A DNA stretch of 64,000 bases from NCBI GenBank assembly GCA_963662465.1, contig OY759599.1:3904001-3968000 (forward strand), in the 5' to 3' direction. The notes under the pieces are model-generated. The model was not told the DNA's origin and ran no database searches. It saw only the letters and a list, made by a program, of their open reading frames with translations. Position 1 is the first letter of the stretch; each line of letters begins with the position of its first letter. The DNA is from Desulfatiglandales bacterium. Lineage in GTDB: Bacteria; Desulfobacterota; DSM-4660; Desulfatiglandales; Desulfatiglandaceae. Of the stretch, positions 62,633 to 64,000 are shown in pieces. Both the position numbers and the translations under genes were made by a program.

Positions 62633-64000
62633 TTATATTGAAAAGGCTTCCCCCTTCAAGGCTTTTTCAAGGGCATGCGCCAGCTCCTTCAGGGTAAATG
62701 GTTTGGGCACGACGCCTTTGAAGCCGTACGCTGTGCATTGAGCCATCACCGGGTCGTTGGCGTAACCGCTGGAGACCAATGCCACCGCCTTCGGGTCCAG
62801 CTTCAGCAGTTGCCCAATGGCCTCTTTTCCCCCCATGCCGCCGGGGATGGTCAAATCCATGATCACGGCGGAAAAGGGCTCGCCCTTCTCCATGGCTGTT
62901 TGATACATCAAAATGGCCTCTTTTCCGTCTTCTGAAAGGGACGCGCGGTATCCCAGTATTTTCAGTTGGCGGCCCACCATTTTACGAATGTTTGGATCAT
63001 CGTCCATGAGAAGGACCTTTCCCGTTCCTTTGAAAAGGGGCTGTTCCTTGACAGGGGGTTCATCCACCGCGGAACCGCTGGATGCGGGCAGATAAATGGT
63101 GAAAAGGGTCCCATGGCCGGGCTCGGAGACCACCGAAATGTAGCCCCCGTGCCGGCAAATGATGGAATGGGTGGTGGCCAGACCCAGACCAATGCCGGTC
63201 TGCTTGGTGGTGAAATAGGGGTCGAAAATCCGCGGCAGGTGGTCCTCCGGAATGCCCACCCCTTCATCCTGAATGGCGATGGAGACAAATGGACCGGGCT
63301 TGAGGGGAACCCCGGAGGCGGCATCCAGCACCACGTTTCGAGCGGTTATCTGAATGCAGCCCCCCTGGCGCATGGCCTGCCTGGCGTTGATGAAGAGATT
63401 GTTCAAAACCTGGCCCATCTGTTCCACATCCGCATCCACGGGCCAGAGTTCGTCGTCAATGGCGTATTCGCATTTGACGTTGGAGCCGCGAACGGCAAAC
63501 CCGCAGGATTCCCGAATGGCCTCGGACAAAACAGCCGTCTTCTTGACCGGCGTTCCCCCCTTTGCAAAGGTGAGAAGCTGCAGGGCCAGGGCTTTGGCCT
63601 GACGTACGGCCTGCTCCGCCTCCTTTACACACTCATGGACTTCGCTTCCACGATCCGGCGCCATTTCCATCAGGTTGAGATTTCCCAGGATTACCGCCAG
63701 AATATTGTTGAAATCATGGGCAATGCCGCCAGCCAGAACGCCGAGGGATTCCAGATTGCGGGTGCGGGCCAACTCCGCTTCCATACGGTGCTTCTCCGTT
63801 ATGTCCTGAAACGCCAGAACCACCCCGTACAAACGACCTTCCCGATCTTGGATGGGGCTGCCGCTGTCGGCAATGATGCGCTCGCCACCCCCTTTGGCAA
63901 TCAAAACCGTGTGGTTGGCCAGCCCCACCACCCCGCCGGTTGCAAGGACCTTTTCCACCGGGTTTTCACAGGGCTTTCGGGTATTCTGGTTGACGATGGA
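62633..64000 (-). CDS. Hybrid histidine kinase (PAS, HK, receiver), 5' part outside the window
   Basis: LAGGIAHDFNNIL, FDPYFTTK, LLMDDD...MDLTIPGGMGG. Confidence 0.9.
   Translation of the reverse strand, partial: SIVNQNTRKPCENPVEKVLATGGVVGLANHTVLIAKGGGERIIADSGSPIQDREGRLYGVVLAFQDITEKHRMEAELARTRNLESLGVLAGGIAHDFNNILAVILGNLNLMEMAPDRGSEVHECVKEAEQAVRQAKALALQLLTFAKGGTPVKKTAVLSEAIRESCGFAVRGSNVKCEYAIDDELWPVDADVEQMGQVLNNLFINARQAMRQGGCIQITARNVVLDAASGVPLKPGPFVSIAIQDEGVGIPEDHLPRIFDPYFTTKQTGIGLGLATTHSIICRHGGYISVVSEPGHGTLFTIYLPASSGSAVDEPPVKEQPLFKGTGKVLLMDDDPNIRKMVGRQLKILGYRASLSEDGKEAILMYQTAMEKGEPFSAVIMDLTIPGGMGGKEAIGQLLKLDPKAVALVSSGYANDPVMAQCTAYGFKGVVPKPFTLKELAHALEKALKGEAFSI

Overview
Bacterial chromosomal window, most likely from an anaerobic Desulfobacterota (deltaproteobacterial) genome. 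This is inferred from gene order and protein style, not from a search. The core is a long minus-strand housekeeping block (xerC-hslV-hslU-argB-argD-argG-argH-lipoprotein-lysA-dapF-dapA-dapB-dapL-folK-YHS, then transaldolase, lytic transglycosylase, tRNA-Gly and tRNA-Cys), with a divergent EF-G paralogue/mog/STAS/GH13_18 phosphorylase cluster. Accessory DNA on both sides holds toxin-antitoxin pairs (BrnT/BrnA, AbiEi/AbiEii, AbrB/PIN), DUF29, an AAA/DUF4143 ATPase, an Rpn-like protein, a gammaproteobacterial-looking parE-parC pair and six hybrid histidine kinases. It also contains many deletion-fused gene fragments, three RAYT (Y1 transposase) remnants, REP doublets and a MITE. The most notable unexplained signals are: (i) several different 7-nt tandem-repeat tracts, two in inverted arrangement, at gene junctions of the arg/lys operon and translated into protein ends; (ii) a structured leader of about 375 nt, partly like a cobalamin riboswitch, between a sigma70 promoter and an exported FmdE-family gene; (iii) a translationally coupled acyltransferase and B12-radical SAM pair; (iv) co-location of REP/RAYT relics with the gene-fragment zones. 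No CRISPR array, rRNA or intact transposase was found. All family calls come from motif recognition by eye.
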